The position numbers and the translations under genes were made by a program. From an uncultured Gemmatimonadales bacterium (lineage in GTDB: Bacteria > Gemmatimonadota > Gemmatimonadetes > Gemmatimonadales > Gemmatimonadaceae): a stretch of DNA of 64,000 nt. Positions 20,797-32,964 of the stretch are shown piece by piece. The DNA is taken from NCBI GenBank assembly GCA_963850905.1, contig CAWKMU010000003.1:3552001-3616000 (forward strand), written 5' to 3'. Under the pieces are notes generated by a model, which saw only the letters and a program-made list of their open reading frames with translations, searched no databases and was not told the origin of the DNA. The first letter of the stretch is position 1. Each line of letters begins with the position of its first letter.

Positions 20797-23551
20797 GTGG
20801 CGGCTCACGTGCCGGCCAGCGCTCTCGCGCCCGTCATCACCGATCGCGCGACGCCTCCCGCCTCATCGCGGCTGCGTCTACTCGTTCGCGCACGGACGAC
20901 GCCGACGGCACTCGCGACATGCGTGACGTGCTGGGTGGCAAGGGTGCCAACCTGGCCGAGATGACCAACCTGGGGATTCCCGTACCGCCAGGCTTCACCA
21001 TCGCGTGTGCAGCATGCGTGGAGTACCTGGCCACTGGAGCCGAGCCCGCAGGATTGCGAGACGAGGTCGACGCGGGCCGTCGCCACGCTGTCGGAGGTGA
21101 CCGAGCAAGCAGCTTCGGCTCGCCCGTGGCGCCCCTGCTGGTGTCGGTTCGGTCAGGAGCGCCCGTCTCGATGCCGGGGATGATGGAAACCATCCTCAAT
21201 CTCGGACTCAACGACCGGACCGTGCATCGGCACTCGCCAAGGCCAGCGGGAATGCACGATTCGCGTACGACTCGTACCGTCGGTTCCTGCAGATGTTCGG
21301 CGAAGTGGTGCTCGGCGTGCCGCACGACCAGTTCGAGTCGCTCCTCAAGGCAAAGCGACTCGTCTCCGGCGCGACGTCACGAGGCCGAGTTCGACGAATC
21401 CGCACTCCGGAACCTCGTCGAGGAATACAAGATCGCTCATCCGCCGGACGACGGGTGCCGAGTTTCCCGTCTGACCCCGCGAGCCAGCTCTGGGGCGCCA
21501 TCGAGGCGGTGTGGCGGTCATGGACGCTCCGAAAGGCCGTCGATTATCGACGCGTCCATGCCATTCCCGACACGCTGGGCACGGCGGTCAGTGTCGTTGC
21601 GATGGTATTTGGCAACCTGGGAAACGACTCCGGGACAGGCGTCGCCTTCACGCGCGACCCCTCGACGGGTGAGCGTGTGTTCTACGGCGAATTCCTGGTC
21701 AACGCCCAGGGTGAGGATGTCGTCGCAGGCCTCCGCACGCCGCTGCCGATCGCGGACATGGCCGCTCGACTCCCGGGGGCGTACGGGGAGCTCGAGGCGA
21801 CCCAGCAGCGACTCGAGCGGCATTTCCGCGACATGCAGGATCTCGAGTTCACCGTCGAGCGGGGTCGACTCTACCTCCTGCAGACGCGGACCGGCAAACG
21901 CACGGCGGCGGCCGCCGTCCGCATCGCGCGCGACATGGTCGCGGAAGGGCTGATCGACACGGCCGAAGCCGTACGCCGTATTCCTGCCCACCAAGTCGAT
22001 CAACTGTTACACCCCGTCATCGATGTGGGTGTGCGGGCGACACCGCTCTGTCGCGGATTGGCAGCGAGTCCGGGCGCGGCGAGCGGCATCGCAGTCTTCG
22101 ATCCGGACGTCGCCGCGCAACGGGCAGCGGGTGGCGAGGCGGTCGTCCTGGTCCGCGACGAGACCACGCCGGAGGATTTCCACGGCATCGTCGCCGCCCG
22201 TGCCATCATCACGGCTCGTGGCGGAATGACGAGCCACGCGGCCGTCGTGGCGCGCGGTATGGGCAAATGCGCGGTCGTCGGGTGCAAGGACCTGCACATC
22301 GACGAGGGTCACCGCCGGTTCCAGGTCAACGGGACGACGGTCCAGGAGGGAGACTGGCTCACAGTCGATGGCGCCACCGGCGCGGTCTACAGCGGCGCGT
22401 TGCCCACCGTCCCGAGTGAAGTCATGCGCGTCGTCACCGGGTCACAGCGCGCGGCCGATGCGCCGCTGTACCAGGCGTTCGCCAGCGTGCTCGAGTGGGC
22501 CGACGCCGTCCGCCGCCTTCGCGTCCGGGCCAACGCCGACACACCCCGTGACGCGCGCATCGCGCGAGCCTTTGGGGCAGAGGGGATCGGCCTCTGCCGC
22601 ACGGAGCACATGTTCTTCGAAGGGGATCGGATCACCGCCATGCGCGAGATGATCGTCGCGCGAGACGTGGCAGGCCGACGCCGTGCACTCGCCAAGCTGT
22701 TGCCCATGCAGCGTTCGGACTTCGAGGCGATCTTCGAGGCGATGGATGGCTATCCGGTCACCATCCGTCTCCTGGACCCGCCGCTCCATGAATTCCTGCC
22801 ACACGGCGGCGAGGAGAGCCGACATCTGGCGGAGACGCTCCAGCTCAGCCAGCAAGAGCTCGGACGCATCGTCGACAACCTGCGGGAAGTCAATCCGATG
22901 CTCGGCCATCGCGGATGCCGCCTCGGTATCACCTATCCCGAGATCACGGAGATGCAGGCGCGGGCGATCTTCGAAGCGGCGGTGCGCACTTCCCGGCGCG
23001 GCATCGACGTGCGGCCCGAGATCATGATCCCGCTCGTCGCGACCGACCGCGAGTTCCTCCACCAACACGGGATCATCACGCACGTGGCGGAGCAGGTGCT
23101 TGGCCCAATGGGCATCGCCGTTCCCTATCTCATCGGCACCATGATCGAGTTGCCGCGCGCCGCGCTCACGGCCGATCAGATCGCCGCGTCGGCGCAGTTC
23201 TTCTCGTTCGGGACGAACGACTTGACCCAAACGACCTTCGGTCTCAGTCGCGATGATGCCGGACGCTTCTTGCCGGAGTATCTCGAGCTCGGGATTCTGG
23301 CCGACGACCCGTTCCAGGTCCTGGATGAACGCGGCGTCGGAGCACTCGTGTCACTCGCGGTCACCGCCGGCCGTCGCGTGCGCCCCGATCTCAAGGTCGG
23401 CATCTGCGGCGAGCACGGAGGCGACCCCCGATCGGTGGGCTTCTGCCACCGCATCGGCTTGGACTACGTCTCCTGCTCGCCGTTCCGCGTGCCGATCGCG
23501 CGGATCGCGGCGGCCCAGGCGGTATTGGGGGAGCACGCGTCGGGCGACTAA
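20797..23551 (+). CDS. ppdK: Pyruvate, phosphate dikinase (5' frameshifts, start approximate)
   Basis: LGGKGANLAEM, SVRSGA..SMPGMM, GGMTSHAAVVARG, GLCRTEHMF, FSFGTNDLTQ, GICGEHGG. Confidence 0.93.
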
Positions 23552-23558
23552 CCCTGAT

Positions 23559-23697
23559 GGGCGGCCTGAAGGCCGCCCCTACATGCTGCTGCGGGCAGCA
23601 CGCCATCTGCATTCGTCCACGACACACAGCGAATGTGGGGCGGTGTCATCGCACCCCCGCGCCGACATGTAGGGGCGGCATTCATGCATGCCGCCCA
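23559..23697. repeat. Inverted pair of GTAG-type REP elements
   Basis: GGGCGGCCTGAAGGCCGCCCCTACATG (23559-23585) and CATGTAGGGGCGGCATTCATGCATGCCGCCCA (23666-23697), between the convergent ppdK and ftsB genes. Confidence 0.75.
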
Positions 23698-23720
23698 CAT
23701 CTAGCGAACGATGACGGAAT

Positions 23721-25359
<1,639 letters not shown>

Positions 25360-25404
25360 CTAGCGAGGAAACAGAAAGGAGAGCGCGGTTCTCGGCGCGG
25401 TGAC

Positions 25405-26208
25405 TCATGGCCCCGCCGGACCACCCAAACGCTGTGTCTCCTCTCTCCGTTCACCGTTCTCCTCTCCATTTTCGCCCACCGTGGGGGCGAAAATCCCGTA
25501 CTCTCGCTCCAGCAGCTCCGCCATCCGCGTTCGCACGGTGCCCGAGAGCGCGTCCCGATCATCGTACGTGAGACCCGTCGTGGGCACTGGCTCGAGCACG
25601 TGCACGTCGATCACGCCGCGACGGATGCGCCAGGATCCCTTGGGCATGACCTCCATCGAACCGTGGACCACCACGGGGACGACCGGGACACCGGCCGCAA
25701 TCGCAAGTACGAAGGGACCCTTCTTGAAGGGGCGGAGCGCGTATGACCTTCCCCTCGTCCCTTCCGGGAACACGACGACGGCCCGCCCGGCGCGGATGAT
25801 GTCCGCGGCGGCGTTGTAGCTCGCGAACGCCGATTTGCGGTTGTCTCGCTCAATGGGCACGGTCCCGAGCGCGCGCGCGCCTGGGCCGAAGACTGGGATG
25901 CGCAGCAGCTCAGCCTTGGCAACAAAGGAGTACCGTGGGAAGGTGGCGGCGAGAGCGAACACGTCGTACCAGCTCACGTGGTTCGACGCGAACACCTGTC
26001 CGGCCGGCGGGCGCGCGATCCACTCGGTCCCATGGACTCGGACACGCACACCAGCCGCGCGCAGCATGGCGCCCGACCATGCGCGGGGGACCCACCACAA
26101 GATGCTTCCCGGGCGGTCCTCAACGTTGAGCAACGCGGCCACCACCGCCGCCACAGCAAATGGCGGCGTCAGGATCAGACCGGTCAGAGCAACGAGAAGC
26201 GTCCGCAT
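25405..26208 (-). CDS. plsC: 1-acyl-sn-glycerol-3-phosphate acyltransferase
   Basis: NHVSWYD (HX4D), FVAKAEL, FPEGTR. Confidence 0.9.
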   Translation of the reverse strand: MRTLLVALTGLILTPPFAVAAVVAALLNVEDRPGSILWWVPRAWSGAMLRAAGVRVRVHGTEWIARPPAGQVFASNHVSWYDVFALAATFPRYSFVAKAELLRIPVFGPGARALGTVPIERDNRKSAFASYNAAADIIRAGRAVVVFPEGTRGRSYALRPFKKGPFVLAIAAGVPVVPVVVHGSMEVMPKGSWRIRRGVIDVHVLEPVPTTGLTYDDRDALSGTVRTRMAELLEREYGIFAPTVGENGEENGERREETQRLGGPAGP

Positions 26209-26246
26209 CGCAAGTGTCAGCAGGAGCGCAGCGGCGCAACCCGCGC

Positions 26247-27248
26247 TTACGATGAAAAGTGGTTGTAGCTCGGCACGGGGTCAACGCGCTGGCCACCGAC
26301 GAACACATCGACCCCCGGTGCCCCCGAGGCGACGCGACCGATCTCCGTCAACGGTACGCGAAACTCACGCGCAAACTCCGCCGCATCGATGGCCTCTGGC
26401 GCCGTGCACGCCAACTCGTACTCCTCGCCGCTCGCGCCCGCCTCGACCGCCGAAATGCCCGGCCAGCGCGGAACCCGATCGAGCTCAATCGTGAGGCGCA
26501 CGCCGCTCGCCGCCGCGACGTGTCGCAAGTCCCCGATCAGGCCGTCGGACACGTCGATTGCGGCCGAGGCGCCATGCGCGGCAAGCCAGCGCGCCTCCCG
26601 CAATCGGGCCTGTGGCCGAGCGAATCGCAGTCGCTCCGCCTCCCCAGGCTCGTCGCCTCGCTCCCAGGCGCGAATCGCGACGAACGGCCCTCCCAAGGTG
26701 CCGGTGAGGTAAACATGATCTCCCGGCCGCGCTCCGTCCCTGCCCACTGGTCGCACAGCCGAACCGAGCACCGTCATCGTGATGACGAGAGCAGGCCCGG
26801 CGACCGTATCGCCGCCCACGATCGGCGCCTCCACGACCCGCGCCGCGTCGCCGATACCATCGGCAATCGCTGGTAGCTCGGCGACCCACTGCTGAGGGAC
26901 GGTGAGCGCCAGCACCGCACCGATCGGCGTCGCCGCGGCGGCGGCAAGATCGCTCCACGCGCCCATCGCCGAGCGAAATCCGATGTCCCGCGGGGTGAGC
27001 CAGGACGCGCGAAAATGGACGTCTTCGACGGCCGTGTCGGTGCTCACGACCAGCCGCTCTCCCGCGGGCACGTCGAGCACGCCACAATCGTTGCCCAGCC
27101 CGCGCGCGATCGCGCCCCACCGCTCGGTGAGTGCACGGATGAGGTCGAATTCGACGCCGGGCCCCAACGTGACATGCGACGGCCCGGTTGCAGGAGGGCG
27201 GGCAGCGTCGGCAACGACACCACCGCGAGGCCCGCGATGCGTCGTCAC
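26247..27248 (-). CDS. thiL: Thiamine-monophosphate kinase
   Basis: EFDLI, GNDC, STD..VEDVHF, SDLAA, GGDT, IDVSDGL, GEEYEL; GTG 27248 overlaps the nnr stop. Confidence 0.92.
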   Translation of the reverse strand: MTTHRGPRGGVVADAARPPATGPSHVTLGPGVEFDLIRALTERWGAIARGLGNDCGVLDVPAGERLVVSTDTAVEDVHFRASWLTPRDIGFRSAMGAWSDLAAAAATPIGAVLALTVPQQWVAELPAIADGIGDAARVVEAPIVGGDTVAGPALVITMTVLGSAVRPVGRDGARPGDHVYLTGTLGGPFVAIRAWERGDEPGEAERLRFARPQARLREARWLAAHGASAAIDVSDGLIGDLRHVAAASGVRLTIELDRVPRWPGISAVEAGASGEEYELACTAPEAIDAAEFAREFRVPLTEIGRVASGAPGVDVFVGGQRVDPVPSYNHFSS

Positions 27249-28783
27249 GAGGGATCTCCAACAGCGGCGAGCTCGGCCAGAACCGGATATCGCGGCTGCA
27301 GCACCGGCGCGCTCCACACGTTGCCGAGCGCACCCAGCACGTCGTCGAGCCCGATGCCCCGCACGCGGCCCCCGCTCGCTGCGCCGGCCGCGGTCCCGTG
27401 CACCCATGCCGCGCATGAGGCGCTCGCGAACGGGTCACCGGTTTGGGCAAGCAGCGTCACGACGATGCCCGAGAGGAGGTCGCCGCTTCCGCCGGTGGCC
27501 AGCACGGGTGATCCGGTCGCGCTCACTCGGCGGGAGCCATCGGCCGCCGTCAGCACCGTGGGCACACCCTTGAGCAACACGGTCGCGTGGAGTTGCGCCG
27601 CCAGCGGCGTCGCGATGTCGAACCGTTGCTCGAGCACCCGCTCGATCGGTGCTCCGACCAGTCGACCGAATTCGCCGGGGTGCGGGGTAATGACCGTGGC
27701 CCGCTCGCCCAGCAGCTCAGCCAGTGCGGCGGGCCTGCCGGCAAAAGTGTTGAGGCCATCGGCGTCGATCACGGCCGGACGGCGGCACGAGCGAAGCACG
27801 CGTTCGATCACCGCGCGCGCATCGGTGCTCGTCCCGAGCCCAGGGCCAATCAAGACCGCGTCGGCCCACCCGTCGATCTCGCGCTGCACCGTGTCGTCAT
27901 CAACCGGCCACTCCTGCGCGAGCGCATGGTAGGCGGCAGTCTGCACCACTGACAGGTTCGCGCGAGCGACGAACATCTTCACGAGACCGATGCCGCTGGC
28001 GAGCGCCGCATGGGCGGCCAAGATCCCGGCACCCGCCATGCCTGGCCCAGAGGCCACGATCGCGATGCGTCGACGCGTCCCTTTGTTCGCGTCAGCTGGT
28101 ATGGCTGGCACGTGGGCGCGAACGAACGCACTATCGACGAGAACAGGAGCGCCGTCGGCCACCTCGGCATGGGCGCCGAGGCCGATATCCACGACGACAA
28201 TGTGCCCGCACGTCCCGCGAGCGATCGCAAGTCCGCGCTTGAGAGCGCCGAACGTAATGGTGAGGTCGGCCCGGACCGCGCCGTCGGCCGTACCACTGGT
28301 GGCATCGACGCCACTCGGGATATCCAGGGCCGCCACCTTGGCACCACGCGCACGGGCGGCGCGAATTGCACCGATCGCTTCAGCAATCGGCCCCCGAGGG
28401 GCGCCGGTCGAACCAGTACCGAGCAGGCCATCCACAACGATGGCCTCGTCGTGCTGGGGCGCCCCGTTCGTGAGCAGTGGCTCGGCTGCCGCTCGTTCCG
28501 CAGCCGCATCATCGGTGCGCGTAGGCGCGGCGATCGCCACCCGCACTGCCACACCGGCAGCAGCCAGCGCCGCAGCGGTCACCCACGCATCCCCACCGTT
28601 GTTCCCAGGACCGGCGTAGACCGCGACACCATGCGCCAAACGGTCGGGCCATTGGCGGGCGATCACGGCCGCCGCCGCCATTCCCGCCGCCCGCATGAGC
28701 GCACGGGACGGCACACCCGCGCCAATGGCGGCGTGGTCGCGGGCGGCACTCTCTGCCGCACTAACGACGCGCACGCTCGGCAC
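27245..28783 (-). CDS. nnr: Bifunctional NAD(P)H-hydrate epimerase/dehydratase
   Basis: GPGNNGGD, VDGLLGTG, DIPSG, IGPGLG, TPHPGE, ATGGSGDLLSG. Confidence 0.92.
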   Translation of the reverse strand: MPSVRVVSAAESAARDHAAIGAGVPSRALMRAAGMAAAAVIARQWPDRLAHGVAVYAGPGNNGGDAWVTAAALAAAGVAVRVAIAAPTRTDDAAAERAAAEPLLTNGAPQHDEAIVVDGLLGTGSTGAPRGPIAEAIGAIRAARARGAKVAALDIPSGVDATSGTADGAVRADLTITFGALKRGLAIARGTCGHIVVVDIGLGAHAEVADGAPVLVDSAFVRAHVPAIPADANKGTRRRIAIVASGPGMAGAGILAAHAALASGIGLVKMFVARANLSVVQTAAYHALAQEWPVDDDTVQREIDGWADAVLIGPGLGTSTDARAVIERVLRSCRRPAVIDADGLNTFAGRPAALAELLGERATVITPHPGEFGRLVGAPIERVLEQRFDIATPLAAQLHATVLLKGVPTVLTAADGSRRVSATGSPVLATGGSGDLLSGIVVTLLAQTGDPFASASCAAWVHGTAAGAASGGRVRGIGLDDVLGALGNVWSAPVLQPRYPVLAELAAVGDPS

Positions 28784-28797
28784 GTTCGGGCGAGTGG

Positions 28798-28995
28798 CTA
28801 CTTCTGCGAGTGCGTGACGAGGCGACCGAAACTGATGTCGCCGTTGTCGATCCGGATGTTGAACCCACAGTCCGGGTTGCTGCACACCCACGCCTTGAAC
28901 GTGATCGGCGCGCCGTCGCGCCCGTAATCACTCAGTGGGACCAGCACACCTGCGCCGCACTTCTTGCAAGCCGGAAGTTCCGGAAATCCGGTCAT
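28798..28995 (-). CDS. 65-aa zinc-ribbon-like protein
   Basis: MTGFPELPACKKC...WVCSNPDCGFNIRIDNG; ATG overlaps the upstream stop (ATGA). Confidence 0.75.
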   Translation of the reverse strand: MTGFPELPACKKCGAGVLVPLSDYGRDGAPITFKAWVCSNPDCGFNIRIDNGDISFGRLVTHSQK

Positions 28996-29378
28996 GCCTG
29001 TTGGGTGACATTCCAGGGGTAATTGTGCTCGAAGACCTCGTCGAATTCGAACACGCCGATGAAGTCGTCGCGAGTGTCCGACGGCTGACTGATCAGCAGG
29101 TTCAAGTCGACGAGCGTGAAAACAATATCGCCAATGTCGGCGGTCGAACGAATCCCCCAATGATCGAGAACGTGTCGTGCGAGGAGGCCGTAACGGTCGA
29201 GTGCGAGGTCCCGGCAGGAGACGGCGAGCTCACGTCCCCCAATATGGCGACGCTCGGTGAGGCGGGATTGGCAGAACTCGAGCGCGGCCAGCACGAACAG
29301 ATAGGCATGCTCGTGAAAGCGGCGCTCACGCAGCCGGATCTGATCCATGATGCCATCGCGAAACGCCAGTTCCGCCAC
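28992..29378 (-). CDS. Minf_1886-like (TIGR04138-like) conserved hypothetical protein
   Basis: AYLFVLAAL...RHIGGREL...YGLLARHVLDHWGIRST.DIGDIVF.LV...DTRDDF pattern, recognised from memory; GAGGT RBS. Confidence 0.78.
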   Translation of the reverse strand: MAELAFRDGIMDQIRLRERRFHEHAYLFVLAALEFCQSRLTERRHIGGRELAVSCRDLALDRYGLLARHVLDHWGIRSTADIGDIVFTLVDLNLLISQPSDTRDDFIGVFEFDEVFEHNYPWNVTQQA

Positions 29379-29556
29379 CGCCTACCTCACTGCCTGAAGG
29401 TAACGGCGCGCAATGCGCCGCCTGCCCTGTCGCGCGCACACGCGGCGCCACGTGCACTCGACGAGTAGCAGCAGACCGCGGCAACCGTCCTCCGTGACAC
29501 CCGCGGCGCGGCAGAAACTACGCACCGGAACGCAGAACGCCAGGAGGGGGAGGTCA

Positions 29557-30849
29557 TTATGGCGCCGTCACATTGACGGTGGTCGTGTACAAGGGGAAGC
29601 TCGCGGCGAGCTGATGAACCTCCTCTCGCACCGCTTGCGCGACGCCGGCATCGGCAGGACGCATTAGCACGCGGTCGATCATCGAAGCGACCTGCACCAT
29701 CTCGGGCTCCCGAAGCCCCCGCGTCGTCACCGCCGGCGTCCCGATCCGGATGCCACTGGTCACGAACGGCGACTGCGTCTCGCGTGGCACCGTGTTCTTG
29801 TTGACCGTGATGCCAGCCAAGTCGAGGGCGCGCTCGGCGACTTTTCCTGTCAGCCCCTTCGACCGCAGGTCGACTAACATGAGGTGTGTGTCGGTGCCGC
29901 CGGCCACGAGTTGATAGCCCCGCGCGATCAAGGCATCAGCCAACGCCCGAGCGTTGGCGACGACCTGCCGGCAGTACTGCACGAAGCTCGGCTCTTGCGC
30001 CTCACGAAACGCCACCGCCTTGGCGGCGATCACGTGCTCGAGCGGTCCACCCTGCGTGCCCGGAAAAACCGCCTTGTCGATGGCCTTTGCGTGCACGGCC
30101 CTGCACAAAATGAGGCCCCCGCGGGGGCCTCGGAGCGTCTTGTGCGTCGTCGACGTCACCACGTCGGCGTGCGGCATGGGCGACGGGTGTACGCCGGTCG
30201 CGACGAGTCCAGCAATGTGCGCGATGTCGACGATCAGAAACGCGCCGACCTCGCGTGCGACGTCAGCGAACGTCGCAAAGTCGAGCGTTCTCGCATACGC
30301 ACTGGCACCCGCGATGATCGCACGCGGGCGGTGGGTCCGCGCCGCCGTCCGCAGGGCATCGTAATCGATGTATCCCTCGTCGGTGACGCCGTAGTGCACC
30401 GCATGATACAGCAAACCGGAGAAGTTGACCGGCGAGCCGTGCGTGAGATGGCCGCCCTGCGACAGGTCCAGGCCGAGGATGGTGTCACCCGGTTTGAGGA
30501 GTGCGAGATACGCCGCCGCATTCGCCTGTGCGCCAGAATGTGGCTGGACGTTCGCGTGCTCGGCGCGGAACAGCGCACGGGCGCGATCGATCGCGAGTTG
30601 CTCGATCTGATCGATGACCTCGCAACCCCCATAGTACCGTTTCCCCGGGAGCCCCTCGGCGTACTTGTTGGTCAGCGGCGAGCCCATGGCCTCGAGCACC
30701 GCGGGCGAGACGAAATTCTCGCTCGCGATGAGCTCCAGCCCATCGGATTGTCGTTCGATCTCTCGCTCGATGAGATGCGCGACCTCAGGATCGGTCTCGC
30801 TCAATGCGTCGCCGGGCAAACACCGGTCCCATTCGGACCACTTCAGCAT
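29557..30849 (-). CDS. glyA: Serine hydroxymethyltransferase
   Basis: [40 protein letters not shown]. Confidence 0.97.
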   Translation of the reverse strand: MLKWSEWDRCLPGDALSETDPEVAHLIEREIERQSDGLELIASENFVSPAVLEAMGSPLTNKYAEGLPGKRYYGGCEVIDQIEQLAIDRARALFRAEHANVQPHSGAQANAAAYLALLKPGDTILGLDLSQGGHLTHGSPVNFSGLLYHAVHYGVTDEGYIDYDALRTAARTHRPRAIIAGASAYARTLDFATFADVAREVGAFLIVDIAHIAGLVATGVHPSPMPHADVVTSTTHKTLRGPRGGLILCRAVHAKAIDKAVFPGTQGGPLEHVIAAKAVAFREAQEPSFVQYCRQVVANARALADALIARGYQLVAGGTDTHLMLVDLRSKGLTGKVAERALDLAGITVNKNTVPRETQSPFVTSGIRIGTPAVTTRGLREPEMVQVASMIDRVLMRPADAGVAQAVREEVHQLAASFPLYTTTVNVTAP

Positions 30850-30931
30850 GGCCGTTCCCGTCTCCTCTGTCACTCGCGTCGACCCAAATATGCACGACGG
30901 ACCGCGAAGCAACAGCGATCCAGCCTCTGGG

Positions 30932-32093
30932 TCACGCCGCGTATAGCTCTCGCGCGATCACCAGGCGCTGCACCTCGGAGGTGCCCTCGTAGATCTCTGT
31001 CACTTTGGCGTCGCGGAATAGGCGTTCTACTGGATAATCCGTGATGTAGCCGTATCCGCCGAAGATCTGGATCGCCTGCGTCGTGACCCACATCGCGGTC
31101 TCGCTGGCCGCCAGCTTGGCGATCGAGCTCAACTGAACGATCGGTTCGCCGCGATCCTTGGCCCCCGCCGCGGCAAAGAGCATCGCCCGCGCCTGCGTCG
31201 ATGCGCGCAGCCATGTCGGCGAGCTTGAATTGGATCGCTTCGAACTCGCGGATCGCCTTGCCGAACTGTTGTCGTTCGCCAGCGTATCGCACCGCGTGCC
31301 CGAGCGCGGCCCGGGCAATGCCAACCGCTTGGGCCGCGATCCCCAGACGCCCGTGCTCCAGCGACTGCAGCGCGTAAAGTAGGCCCTGATCAGATTCGCC
31401 AAGCAACCGATCGGCCGGTACGCGCATGTTGTCGAACATGAGCTGCACGGTCGGCGACGCCCGCAGCCCCATCTTGTCTTCCTTCTTGCCGACGCGGAAT
31501 CCCGGGAGATCCGGCGTGATGATGAAGGCCGAGATGCCCCGGTTACCCCTCCGTTGATCCGGAGTGTCGGTGCGGGCCATCGCGAGGATCACGCCAGCCT
31601 CCCCGCCCTGCGTCACCCACGCCTTCGTCCCATTGAGCACATACCCGTCGCCGTCGCGCACGGCTTGCGTCCGGAGCGAGGACGCGTCCGACCCGGCGTC
31701 AGGCTCCGACAGCGCAAACGCACCGAGTAGCTCCCCGCGGGCCATCGGTCGCAAGAACCGCTCACGCTGCGCCACGGTGCCATGCCGCAGGATCATCTGT
31801 GACGGCAACGAGTTGTGAACGCTGAGTAGCACCGCAGTCGATGCGTCCGCAGCCGCGATCTCCTCGAGCACGAGCAAATACGTCGTGGTGTCCAACCCGA
31901 GTCCATCGTCGCTCTCAGGAACCAGCATCCCGAGGAATCCGAGTTCGGCGAGTCGTGGCAGGAGGGATCGCTCGAAATGGGACGTGCGATCCCATTCGGC
32001 CGCATGCGGCGCGAGCTCCTCCGCGGCGAAGCTGCGCGCCAGCGCCTGGATCTCGCGCTGTTGATCCGTCAGAGGCAGAAACTCGCGAACCAT
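30932..32093 (-). CDS. Acyl-CoA dehydrogenase (frameshift near 31195)
   Basis: [32 protein letters not shown], then GGYGY...[10 protein letters not shown] in another frame. Confidence 0.92.
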
Positions 32094-32108
32094 CAGCCGA
32101 CAGCCGGT

Positions 32109-32964
32109 TCAGGCGTACGAATGGAACCCCCGCTTCGTCTTTCGCCCGAGCCAGCCAGCGGCTACGTACTTTCGAAGCAGCGGGCACGCGCGGTACTTCG
32201 GGTCGCCCAACCCGGCGTGCAGCACATCGAGGATGGCGAGGCACGTGTCGAGCCCAATGAGGTCGGCGAGCGCCAACGGCCCCATTGGATGGTTCATGCC
32301 CGAGCTTCATCACTGTGTCGACCGCTTCGGGGGTGGCCACTCCCTCCATGACGCAGTACACCGCTTCGTTGATCATCGGCATGAGCACGCGGTTGGCCAC
32401 GAAGCCGGGGTAGTCCTGCACCTCGACCGGCGTCTTGCCGACCTGCTTCGCCAGTGCGATCACCGTCGGCAGCGGTCGCATCCGACGTCGCGAGCCCGCG
32501 GATGACCTCCACCAGCTCCATTACCGGCACGGGATTCATGAAGTGCATCCCGATCACGTGATCGCGGGCGCCGGGTGCGGGCGCCGATCTCCGTGATGGA
32601 GATCGAGCTCGTGTTCGACGCGAGGATCGCCCCGGATGGCGCGATCCGATCGAGTTCGGAAAACAGCTTGAACTTGAGGGCGGTGTTTTCGGAGGCCGCC
32701 TCGATGATCAGCGATGGCGTCGCGACGCGGCGTCGAGCGTTGCGGCAGTCGGCGATGCGCGCGAGCGTGGCGTCCTTGGCCGCCCCATCGATCGCGCCCT
32801 TCTTGACCTGCCGATCGAGATTGGCTGCGATGCGTGGAGCGCGCACGCGTGAGTGCGTCCGCCGCCACATCGATCAGCGTGATGTCGAAGCCGTGCTGCG
32901 CAAACGTGTGCGCGATGCCATTGCCCATCTGGCCCGCGCCGACGACCGCGACTCGATCAGCCAT
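32109..32964 (-). CDS. hbd: 3-hydroxybutyryl-CoA dehydrogenase (multiple frameshifts)
   Basis: [35 protein letters not shown] and HPMGPL.LAD.IGLD across five fragments. Confidence 0.9.
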
